64,000 nt of DNA from an uncultured virus (IMG/VR IMGVR_UViG_3300042564_004671) (lineage: Duplodnaviria > Heunggongvirae > Uroviricota > Caudoviricetes): the IMG/VR virus record IMGVR_UViG_3300042564_004671. One strand, written 5' to 3'. The translations under genes and the position numbers were made by a program. Within the stretch, counting starts at the first letter, position 1; every line of letters starts with the position of its first letter. The notes beneath the pieces were generated by a model that saw only the letters and a program-made list of their open reading frames with translations, was not told where the DNA came from and did no database searches. Of the stretch, positions 20,009 to 29,700 are shown piece by piece.

Positions 20009-20344
20009 TTAATATAGTTTACCTGTTTCTAAATAGTAGGTATTATTTGTAGTTATCATTTCAAATGTTTCGTGTATTGATTCACATTTTACCATAAATG
20101 ATTTTACATCTTCATCAGTTAAATCAAACCACTCACCATTTACTTTTTTAGTTTTAAATGTTCTATGTAGTTGTGATTCTATTTTTGTTCCCCATTTTGA
20201 CTTGAAAGAATTTATAACATATAGTTCAGAACCATTACCCGTCTTTAACTCTTTAATTCTTTTAGAGACTTCTCTTCTTGTATAACCTATTTTATACAAT
20301 CTTCTTCCTTCAAATTCAGCACATATTAAGTAAATATTAAACAT
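20009..20344 (-). CDS. GIY-YIG / T5orf172-family nuclease domain
   Basis: IYLI...YKIGYT...RIKELKTGN...IESQLHRTF...VNGEWFDL. Confidence 0.85.
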   Translation of the reverse strand: MFNIYLICAEFEGRRLYKIGYTRREVSKRIKELKTGNGSELYVINSFKSKWGTKIESQLHRTFKTKKVNGEWFDLTDEDVKSFMVKCESIHETFEMITTNNTYYLETGKLY

Positions 20345-20374
20345 TAGAGTATATATTACTCTATCATGTTCTCA

Positions 20375-20560
20375 TCACCAGATTTGTGGGAAGTTAGTTG
20401 GTCCTTTTGGAGTAGAAGTTATAATAACATTAGGAACATCTATTCCAAATATTTTACCTATTTTTATTTTTCTTAAATATCTTTTAGAATATTCAACACC
20501 TGATGTATCTTTTTCAATGAAGTGAATACCTGGTCTCACATATCTACCTATTCTGTTCAT
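20375..20560 (-). CDS. small protein: RxxKI tag + terminase coupling-motif fragment
   Basis: RKIKIGKIFG followed by VIITSTPKGPTNFPQIW; start set at MNRIG. Confidence 0.65.
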   Translation of the reverse strand: MNRIGRYVRPGIHFIEKDTSGVEYSKRYLRKIKIGKIFGIDVPNVIITSTPKGPTNFPQIW

Positions 20561-21041
20561 TTGATTTCTTCTTTTTACTTCTTCTTGTTTTCTTGTGAGT
20601 TTTAGATGATTCAGCTCCATATTTATAATCTAAATAGAATAAAGTACCTGATGGAGCAGACATTGGAGTTACTCCTTTTTTCATCAACTCTTTATATTCT
20701 TCATCATCTTCTAACTTCTTTTCAGTAAATTCACCACCTTCAATAACAGCTTCAATTTTACCATCACGATTTTCAGAATTTACTCTACTTTTTACATCAT
20801 CAATTTCTTCTTTTGATGCGAATCCTATTATTTCATTGGACATTAATTTTGATGATACTTTCATAGCCATTGGTAGTAAACTTGGAAACTCTTCAGTTTT
20901 AGTTTCTTCTAATATTTGATTTGATTGATTTTCGGCTAACTGAGCTAAATTGTCTAATTGAGATCCAGTCATACCCATAGACCCTAAGATAGGAGCCCAT
21001 TTTTTCATTAATTCTTCTTTATTTGGTTGTTTCATAAACAA
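20544..21041 (-). CDS. major-capsid (gp23) N-terminal fragment with inserted RxxKI tag
   Basis: KKWAPIL..ENQ..LLPMAMKV..[RDGKIEAVI]..VTPMSAPSGTLFYLDYKY. Confidence 0.7.
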   Translation of the reverse strand: MFMKQPNKEELMKKWAPILGSMGMTGSQLDNLAQLAENQSNQILEETKTEEFPSLLPMAMKVSSKLMSNEIIGFASKEEIDDVKSRVNSENRDGKIEAVIEGGEFTEKKLEDDEEYKELMKKGVTPMSAPSGTLFYLDYKYGAESSKTHKKTRRSKKKKSNEQNR

Positions 21042-21070
21042 AAAAACTTTTCTTGTTATAGAAAAGTTTT
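21041..21070. terminator. possible intrinsic terminator
   Basis: aaaaacttttct...agaaaagttttt inverted repeat downstream of 21081..21392(-). Confidence 0.45.
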
Positions 21071-21080
21071 TGTTTTTAGT

Positions 21081-21392
21081 TTAGTAGTTAAAGTTTAAGA
21101 AATCATATTCTTTAAGTATAAGTTGTTTGACTTTTTCAAAGTTTTCATCTGATAAAACATAATACTTTTTATTAAACCAACCAATCATTTGATTAATAAT
21201 AACATCTTCTGCTTCTCCATTTCCTGAGGTAGAGTAAAAATCAGGATCCTCTTCATCTGGAATCCATTGTTTGATTTCTTTTTCTAACATTTTCTTTACA
21301 GAATCAGATTTATACTCTTCTTTAATTTTAGTAATTGCAAAAGTAGTATCTTGTTGTTCTACATTCTCGTTATATTTTTTTAAGTATTTCAT
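21081..21392 (-). CDS. hypothetical protein with capsid-targeting-like leader
   Basis: MKYLKKYNE; TAATATATA at 21397-21405 (-). Confidence 0.6.
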   Translation of the reverse strand: MKYLKKYNENVEQQDTTFAITKIKEEYKSDSVKKMLEKEIKQWIPDEEDPDFYSTSGNGEAEDVIINQMIGWFNKKYYVLSDENFEKVKQLILKEYDFLNFNY

Positions 21393-21407
21393 AGTGTATA
21401 TATTAAT

Positions 21408-22157
21408 TTATAGTCCAAATATATCTTTCATCTTAGAAAGAAAGTTATTAATAAAGTCTTTATCTTTTTCAGAACCATCTTCAAGTATATTTTGAACCCA
21501 AGTTTTATTTTCAATATATTGATAAGCTTGAAGTTTATCAGAATAATCAAAGTTATCCATCTTCTTACCTATATAGGATTCGATATCTTTTTCAAAATCC
21601 TCTTCAGAAGTCCACATACCAATATCATTTTCATCTTCTTCAATATCATCTAATCCAGAGATAACATCATCTATATCAGATGTGTCAAAACTCCCATCAG
21701 TTTCATTCTCATAAATCCAAGATTTATCCATCTTATTTAAGATATGTTCAGCGTCTTTACCTAATCTATTAATATCATCTTCTGCCTTTTCATCTAATGT
21801 TAAGTTGAAAAGACCTACCAAGTCATCCAATGAACTAAATAGTGACTGGTCAAATTCTGCCAATTTATTTTCTCTATAGATTTCTTTTTCAAAAAGATTT
21901 ATTACAGAAAGATAATCTTCAGTAATTGTAAATTCACCTTTAATAGCAGCATCAATTAAATCATTTAATGAAGTTTTAAATCTATCATAAGATGATAGTT
22001 TATTATCATTGTAACACTTTTCTTCATGAAGTCTAACTATTTTAAGAATAGCTTGTTTCATCTTTCCAATGTTTGATAGAAAGTCAAAGTCAAAATCATT
22101 ATTAGATTCTTCTTTCTTCTTGTTCCAAAAAGCTTCATATAATTTAATTACTTTCAT
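21408..22157 (-). CDS. acidic hypothetical protein with leader-like N-terminus
   Basis: MKVIKLYEAF. Confidence 0.6.
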   Translation of the reverse strand: MKVIKLYEAFWNKKKEESNNDFDFDFLSNIGKMKQAILKIVRLHEEKCYNDNKLSSYDRFKTSLNDLIDAAIKGEFTITEDYLSVINLFEKEIYRENKLAEFDQSLFSSLDDLVGLFNLTLDEKAEDDINRLGKDAEHILNKMDKSWIYENETDGSFDTSDIDDVISGLDDIEEDENDIGMWTSEEDFEKDIESYIGKKMDNFDYSDKLQAYQYIENKTWVQNILEDGSEKDKDFINNFLSKMKDIFGL

Positions 22158-22159
22158 AA

Positions 22160-23119
22160 CTATTTTATTTTTATATTTAAGTAAACCCAGAAAGACATAG
22201 GATTTACACTTATTAATACTTTACCTCCCCACTTCTTAGAAAGTAACCAAGTTGTAAAGTTATTTTTAATATTTAGATATTCTCCTTCATCCAATTTACC
22301 ATTATCCCATCTACCTATACCATAATAACCAAATGAAATAACTCTATCTTTTATAATAGGTGTTAATTTCTTTTCGTGATATCCTGGGTTAAATGTTAAC
22401 ATATCTGTTTTAATTTTACCAAATGTTAAAACATCAGATAATGTTAAATTCACAAGCTCTTTCTTCAATGAAGAAGCAGACTTAGACTCAATTTGACAAA
22501 TCCATTTAATAACAGATTGTGATAATTTAAATTGGCCAAGTGGAGTTGGTGTATTATAATGTAAACCATATTCAAAATTACCATCACATTTAACACCGAA
22601 ATATAAATCAACTTCGTTCTTTTGATAGTCAATTAAATCTAAATATCTTGAAAGTGATTTAAATCTTGAGAATATTTGTTTCAAATCCTCAGATTGAATA
22701 TTAGAGAAATGATAGTATAATAAAAAACTTTCAGGACATCTTTCCCAATTTGGTTGAGATTCTTTATGACCTAAACCAGTCAATGATTTAAGAAATGAAG
22801 TAAATATTCCTTTACCAGCTACTGATATTTCAGACTCTGTTAATGGTTCTAAATCAGTAGATGCTAAAAGTTGAGGTTCTTTCTCTTCTATTCCATTTTC
22901 TAAATAATGATCTATTTGAGCTTTTATCTCTTGTTGTTCTTTATCATCTAATACATTTATAGCATTTGATAAATCAATAGATAAATCAGAACCTTTTGTA
23001 TATCTAGTAACTATATTCTGAATATACGAATCATCTATTAGTGATTCGACCCATTCTCCTAAAGAATTGAATCCATTGAAATGACCTTCATTTATAAATT
23101 CTATATATTTTTTAATCAT
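22160..23119 (-). CDS. hypothetical protein with capsid-targeting-like leader
   Basis: MIKKYIEFINE; TAATATATA at 23124-23132 (-). Confidence 0.65.
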   Translation of the reverse strand: MIKKYIEFINEGHFNGFNSLGEWVESLIDDSYIQNIVTRYTKGSDLSIDLSNAINVLDDKEQQEIKAQIDHYLENGIEEKEPQLLASTDLEPLTESEISVAGKGIFTSFLKSLTGLGHKESQPNWERCPESFLLYYHFSNIQSEDLKQIFSRFKSLSRYLDLIDYQKNEVDLYFGVKCDGNFEYGLHYNTPTPLGQFKLSQSVIKWICQIESKSASSLKKELVNLTLSDVLTFGKIKTDMLTFNPGYHEKKLTPIIKDRVISFGYYGIGRWDNGKLDEGEYLNIKNNFTTWLLSKKWGGKVLISVNPMSFWVYLNIKIK

Positions 23120-23148
23120 AGATTATATATTAAATTTAGAATTATAAA

Positions 23149-25860
23149 TTATCTTATATCCTCAACATCAATATAGTATTTATCAGCTAAAGAAGAATCT
23201 GATAAACTTGAAATTCTTGTAATCTTTATCTTCTTACCTTTATTTAATGAGAAATAAGGTGTGTTTGAAAGTAAAGTAGAAGAAGTTCCATGTAAATATA
23301 AAGGAAAAGAAGCCGAAGCACCATAAGCAACTAAATCCGGATTTGAATCAGCGTTTAGATTAATATAAGAACTTGTTAATCCACCCAATGAGTCAACAAC
23401 ATATTGACCAGAGAAGTCATATATTGATGCAGTACCAACATAAAGATTGTTAAGATACAAGACATCACCTGGTTTGATAGAGTTATTTATAATTGTAGTA
23501 TTTCCTGTTAAAGGAACTTCAAGAATATTACCAATTGTATATTGAATAGTTTGTGTAAAATCAATATCAAAATTAAAATCCTTCCACAAAGAAGCTGAAT
23601 TAGGTAACTGACTTGTACTATTAAAGAAAACAGGCAAATCAATATCACCTATTAATAAAACTTCTGATGTAACACTTGGATTATCAGGTATAGCACTATT
23701 AATATAAATATCTAATTTTTTATTTTGTGTTGAGAATTCATTTGATTTGATGAAAATTTCTATTGATTGTTTATGATCTAAATCTCTATCAATAACAACT
23801 GTTAATTTATCATTATTTGGTAAATCTAATTGAACTTCATCATTATTGTTTATAACTATTAGTAAATTCTTATTAGTTGGAACCGAAACATTTAATGGAA
23901 CGATACCATCGGTTCTATACAAGTCAGTAGTTTTGATACTATCAATTCTTGTATAAGCTGGTTCTCTATTTGTTAAAGTAATATTATTAGATAGATTATT
24001 AACCTCTATACTTTCATTAGAAACAATTTGATTAGTAGAATATAATCTTAATAAGTTTTCAAGACTTTTAATCTTTGTATTAATAGTATTAAGGTCTGTT
24101 TGTGTATAAAGTAATTGTCTAACACTACTAACTTGATCTCTCAAATCACCTTGTTCAGCAATAATATTTAAAAAACTATCATTAGTAGATGATAACTTAG
24201 CCATAGCTTGGTTAAATAAATTCATACTAAAAAGTGAATTTATAGCTTCTGGGTTATATGTTTGTTGTGGATTATCATTTAGAATATTAAAGTTAAGATT
24301 CAAACTAAAAGCATAAGAAGTACCATCATGTTTACCATTTGAAACAAGCTTTTTATAAACTGGAAATCTAATTCCAATTTCTTCTTCTGTTGTATTATTT
24401 GATGGACTATCTAAAAACGAAACTCCATATAAGTTAGTTTTAGTAACTTGATTACCGCTAGCATCTTGTTTTTGAACAGTGTAATACCATAAAATAGCAT
24501 TAAATTCAAAGTCACTTGGTGGTTCGTTATTAACTTCTAAAGCGTTAAATTGGTCAAAGTTAGTTAAAACTCTATTGAAAATATTCATTTTAACATAGTG
24601 ACTAGTGTTGAAGTCAATATTGATACCATCAATTGTTGAACTATCAACAATTGGATTATTAATATCACCACTAACACCAAAATATTTACCACTTCTTCTT
24701 AAAGTATCACCAGTTGATGTCTCATAAGTAAAGTCAGGTGTATCAAATTGTGCGAAATATGAACCTGGGTAATTTTGAGGAAAACTTACAATCGGTGAAT
24801 TAAATAACTCAGCACCTAATATCTCAGGTTGAAACTGACTTGGTAGAATAGGAAAATTAACATTTGGTTTATAATTAACATCCACCATTGTTCTAAATAA
24901 AATATCTGGAGTTTGTCCTGTATGGTCAGGAATATGAGCATAAACCTCAGTATAATTTCTATTAGCTTCTTGAACATTACTAACACCAGTAACCTCACCT
25001 ACATATTGAACTAATCTATGATAAACCAATTCTGCTTTACCTGTAGTTTCATATTCTTGAGAAATTGTAGTTTCAACATTTATAATAATTCTTTGACCTT
25101 GTGTTGGACTTGCTGGAATAACAGCTAATATATCAGTTTGAATACCTTCAAAAGTATCAGAACCATCCATTTCTGAATTAGATAAACTATTTGTGTTTAT
25201 AGTAGAGTTACTAACATAGTATATTTTAATCTTATCACCAACTTTGAAATTAGTAGTTCCAATAAACTCTATTTCCATTTTTGTTGTATAACCAACTTCA
25301 CCACTTTGATAATAGGAATAAGTGTCCCAAGGTAATATTTCTCTTTCTCTCCAAAGATACTCTTGAAAATATTGGTCATCATTTATATTTCTTCTTTCAA
25401 ATTCAGCAAGATTACTAAAATACTCATCAGAAGGAACAGCAGGTTCAAAATCAACTAACCCTAACTTCTTACACCACTTAAAAAATATTTTCTCAGTAGG
25501 TGTTTCAAGTGCATTAGTATCATAGTAATATTTTGTATTATTTAATCTAGACTCTCTAATTACAGTTTCTTGATTACCCACATAATTTCTTAATGATTCT
25601 ATTATTTGGTCACTAAAGTTAGTAGCTGGTGTAGCATTTACCGACTTTTCAAAACTATTATCAAAGTCAAAATAAATTTTATTAGACATAGTACCAGATG
25701 TCAAATTCTGTTTTGGGAAATTTAACAAAACAAACTTTGAAAAATACATTTTATAATTTGAATTCTGGTAAGCTGCCGATATATCTTCAGCCGCACCTGG
25801 GAAAGCATAAAATGATGTTCCATTAGATTTCAGAAACTTATAAAGAGGTGTAGACGCCAT
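23149..25860 (-). CDS. large putative virion structural protein
   Basis: 903 aa, N/S/T-rich beta-type composition with a central coiled coil; neighbours the 1720-aa protein. Confidence 0.5.
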   Translation of the reverse strand: MASTPLYKFLKSNGTSFYAFPGAAEDISAAYQNSNYKMYFSKFVLLNFPKQNLTSGTMSNKIYFDFDNSFEKSVNATPATNFSDQIIESLRNYVGNQETVIRESRLNNTKYYYDTNALETPTEKIFFKWCKKLGLVDFEPAVPSDEYFSNLAEFERRNINDDQYFQEYLWREREILPWDTYSYYQSGEVGYTTKMEIEFIGTTNFKVGDKIKIYYVSNSTINTNSLSNSEMDGSDTFEGIQTDILAVIPASPTQGQRIIINVETTISQEYETTGKAELVYHRLVQYVGEVTGVSNVQEANRNYTEVYAHIPDHTGQTPDILFRTMVDVNYKPNVNFPILPSQFQPEILGAELFNSPIVSFPQNYPGSYFAQFDTPDFTYETSTGDTLRRSGKYFGVSGDINNPIVDSSTIDGINIDFNTSHYVKMNIFNRVLTNFDQFNALEVNNEPPSDFEFNAILWYYTVQKQDASGNQVTKTNLYGVSFLDSPSNNTTEEEIGIRFPVYKKLVSNGKHDGTSYAFSLNLNFNILNDNPQQTYNPEAINSLFSMNLFNQAMAKLSSTNDSFLNIIAEQGDLRDQVSSVRQLLYTQTDLNTINTKIKSLENLLRLYSTNQIVSNESIEVNNLSNNITLTNREPAYTRIDSIKTTDLYRTDGIVPLNVSVPTNKNLLIVINNNDEVQLDLPNNDKLTVVIDRDLDHKQSIEIFIKSNEFSTQNKKLDIYINSAIPDNPSVTSEVLLIGDIDLPVFFNSTSQLPNSASLWKDFNFDIDFTQTIQYTIGNILEVPLTGNTTIINNSIKPGDVLYLNNLYVGTASIYDFSGQYVVDSLGGLTSSYINLNADSNPDLVAYGASASFPLYLHGTSSTLLSNTPYFSLNKGKKIKITRISSLSDSSLADKYYIDVEDIR

Positions 25861-25954
25861 TTAAACAATTTAATTTTATACTCTATATATAATTATTTTC
25901 ATCTTCTGTTTGTTTGAAAAACAAAACAAAGAAATATTAATAGATATAATCTTT

Positions 25955-26401
25955 ATGATCGGTCACATATATTATTTAATTGGATTAGTTGTATTCTTCT
26001 CTATAATATCTATAATATTTAGATTCAAAAAAGTCTATTTTATTAGAGAATGGAAAGATAAATATGAAAAAGTAACTGGTAACAAGCCACTTAAATCACA
26101 ATTTAGAACAAAAACAGAATACTCAAAACTTGAATCATATAATATATTAGTGACTTTTGAGTTAATATGGGTATTATTTGGTTTGATATCAAATAGTTGG
26201 TCTATTTTCTTATCTATTATTATAATATCTTATATACTAAATATTTTGATAAAGCCAATAAAATACACAATGTTACATAGATTAACTATACACCTTTTTA
26301 TAATAGCAAAATTACTGGTTTATGGATATCTAATAGTAAATCACTTCTACTTACACATAGAAAATTTAGATATAATTAAAGGGTTTTTACAACTTCAATA
26401 A
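25955..26401 (+). CDS. membrane protein
   Basis: about 4 hydrophobic segments; start set at MIGHIYY. Confidence 0.65.
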   Translation: MIGHIYYLIGLVVFFSIISIIFRFKKVYFIREWKDKYEKVTGNKPLKSQFRTKTEYSKLESYNILVTFELIWVLFGLISNSWSIFLSIIIISYILNILIKPIKYTMLHRLTIHLFIIAKLLVYGYLIVNHFYLHIENLDIIKGFLQLQ

Positions 26402-26762
26402 CAGCCTTTTCAGTGCCATTAATTATATAGTCATATAATCCAAAAGTATTAGACTCACTTGGAACTTCATCAAAATATTTTATATCATTTAGAAGTTCAT
26501 CTATATCATTTCTGAATTTAAGGTAAAACTCATAGATATCAGAATCATTTATAAACCCCTCGATTTTAACATCTTCAGGAGATTTAATAAACTTCTCAGT
26601 AAAGGACTTAAACTCACCACCACTATTCTCAATAGTCTTTTCAATCATTGATTTAACTTCACTTGATAACTCAGTGTATTTAGAATTATCAGTCTTAGTC
26701 TCAGGTGTCTGAACCTCAGTCTCATCAGCTTCTTTTATAAATTGTAAATATTTTTTTACCAT
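26376..26762 (-). CDS. hypothetical protein with capsid-targeting-like leader
   Basis: MVKKYLQFIKE; TAATATATA at 26767-26775 (-). Confidence 0.6.
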   Translation of the reverse strand: MVKKYLQFIKEADETEVQTPETKTDNSKYTELSSEVKSMIEKTIENSGGEFKSFTEKFIKSPEDVKIEGFINDSDIYEFYLKFRNDIDELLNDIKYFDEVPSESNTFGLYDYIINGTEKAVIEVVKTL

Positions 26763-26790
26763 AATCTATATATTAACTTTCAAACTTAAT

Positions 26791-29700
26791 TTACATCCAA
26801 GTAGCTTCAAATACACCGTTATACCAGATACCGCCTTCCCATAAACCAGTGTCAAATAAACCATTTGTCCATATTCCTGACTTCCAATTTAGGTTTGTAA
26901 ATTTACTAACAACTCTCAAATTTGTCTCAACTAAGTTAATAGATGTACCTGAAAGATTATAATTAACATATATTGTTGTAGTCTCATTGATATTATCTTC
27001 TTCAGTAAAAAGTACTTTATATCTACCCGGTGCTGAATTCGATCCGTATATAGAATAAGTTCCACCAATTTGATTGTCTATAATATAGATATCGTCACCT
27101 ATATTAAATTTGAAAATTCCATTAAGTGTGAATGTATTATTAACAGTATCTACACCAACAACTTGAATATCTTCAAGTATACCACCATACCAAGTACCTA
27201 ATTTCCAATCCATGTTATAAGCAATACCACCATACCACTCTCCAGATAACCATTTACCTGTTTTCCAGATTGAGTATTTATGTTTGTCTGAAACATCTAA
27301 TTGACCATCACTATTTCTATTAAGTTCAGAGTAAAAACTTCCACTAACCCAATTTCCAGCTTGCCAAGTGGACGTTCTACTATTGAATGATTTAGTACCA
27401 AATCTAGATTCGCCATTCTTTTGTTGCCAGTTACCATTATACCACATACCATTCTCAAAGTCACCGCCATTCCAGTTACCATCTAACCAATAAGCAGGTT
27501 CACTATCACAATTGAAAATACCTGTATTCCAAGTACCTAATATCCAAATACCTCCTTGAAATAATCCGTTATTCCAAACACCATCATTCCAAGTACCTTT
27601 ATACCAAATACCATTATTCCAAGTACCATCATACCATCTACCATTATTCCAAGTACCATTATTCCAAGTACCAGTATACCATCTACCAGTATACCAAATA
27701 GACATCTCTTTATCTACGGTTTTAGTATCAACACTAACTGATAGAATTCTATCATCAATTTTATTTGAGTTCCAAGTACCACCGTACCAATCACCACTCA
27801 TCCAAACTCCAGAATGCCAAGTTCCGCCGAACCATCTACCACATTCCCAAGTTCCTTTATACCAAACCAATTCTTCAGTACCAAGACCAATAATAGCTCC
27901 TGATATCTCAGCTTCTAGAATCCAAGGATATGATAAAGAAATAGTCTCTAGGTTTAATCCATCCACTAATCTATATCTATATTTATCATAGTCTATGTCA
28001 ATCAATGAATAAACACTACCAGATAACTTAAGATTTTCGACTGTTAACTCAATTGATTGTTTACCTCTTTGATCAGCACCATAGTCAATCAAATCAATCG
28101 GTTGATAGTTTAAGAATGGATCTTGTCTAGTATATCTAACATATCCATCATCATTACCTAAAAGAGGAGTTGTTCCATAATCTATATCTACTACAAAGTC
28201 ATAATCAGTTACTTTTATAACCGGATGATATCCAAAATATTGTTGATTAAGTTGTTGTGAAGAACCAGTACCTCCAGTAAATTCAAGATTCACACCATCC
28301 CCAGTAATCAATTCATGTTTTTGTGAACAAGAAATATATAATTTACCTGGAACATATATAACAGAACCAATTCCTGTTTGACTGGTATTTAATATAGGAA
28401 TAGAATATTCTTTAGCTAATCTCGTTATATTCATTGCCAATTCATTTTTATAATCGACATAAATTATAGCTGATAACTTACTAACCGTATTTGCATCCGA
28501 TAATAAAATTTTAGCATAAGAGTCTGTAGGTATTTTGAAGTTTAACTCATTTTCATATGACTCATAATTAAAAAGACCTTGATCTTTCCAAGAGTTTGTT
28601 TTACCTTTTGTTCTTTGTATATTATTTAACTCTTGTAAATCTTCACTTATTTGAGAAAGATATCTTCTGGATACAATATCTAATGTACCTGATAATATAG
28701 CAGTATCACCAAGTACAAAGTTTAACCTTTTATGAAACTCAATAACATAAGCTTCTTGTACCTCATCATAGTACTTATCCATAACTAATAATTTTTCAGT
28801 TGTATAAGTTGAAGAACCATTTATATTAACATCAACAAATGTATTTATGAAAATACTATTCCATTCTAAATAAAGGTCATTACCAAATAGTATTTTATTA
28901 CCTTGTGAATTTAAATCATAAGAAGCTGTCATACCATTATAATCAATATAAGCTGTTGAGGCGGTCAAACTACCCAATGGTATATTTCTATACTCTGGCA
29001 TTGCTAAATATTCTTTAGTAGCATAAAAAGTTGGATTCAAATCACCAAAACCATTTATACCCTCTAAATAACTTAATAAATTATAAGTAGGTGAGTATCC
29101 AAAATTTAAAAATCCAGAAGTATATTTCATTTCAGAATAATTACCACCAATTATAACATTTGTTGCTAAGTTATAATAACTAGTTAGATTATTAAAATCA
29201 GCACTCATTTTAAGAATACTTGATGTAGAACTTAAAACATTACCATAAGAATCTGAATATTCTAATTTATAAGCATTTCCAATAGGGTGTTCATTAAATC
29301 GATAAGTCAACTCATCAATTGTCTGATATCTATTTAAGTTTGTTAAAGTAATGCTATAAGTTGTACTTTGAAGTTCCTTAATAATATTACCATTAAAATC
29401 AGTAAACATATAGATGTAATTACGACCAGAAAGTGTCTCAACTCTATTTACAACAAATTGACCATCAACAACAGAACTATTAAATTGAATAACATCTCCT
29501 ACACTAACCGGATAAGATGTAGTAACTTTATAAACCATTAAATAATCATAGATATAGATGTCATACGGTGATGTTGGAGCAGATATAACCGGCAATCCTT
29601 GTGAATCATATCTACTTTGAGTAGCAAGTGTAATCATAGGAGCCAAATATGATATCTGAGAAGCTGAACCTGTTATAGATGATATAGTATTTGATGTCGA

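Noticed and set aside
20375..21041. Degraded or split structural gene module (pseudogenes or intron-split MCP/terminase)
   Set aside because: The fragments are kilobases apart, mixed with unrelated genes, have their own starts and stops, and carry the same added tag; no intron-like sequence flanks them. It cannot be fully excluded without the rest of the genome.
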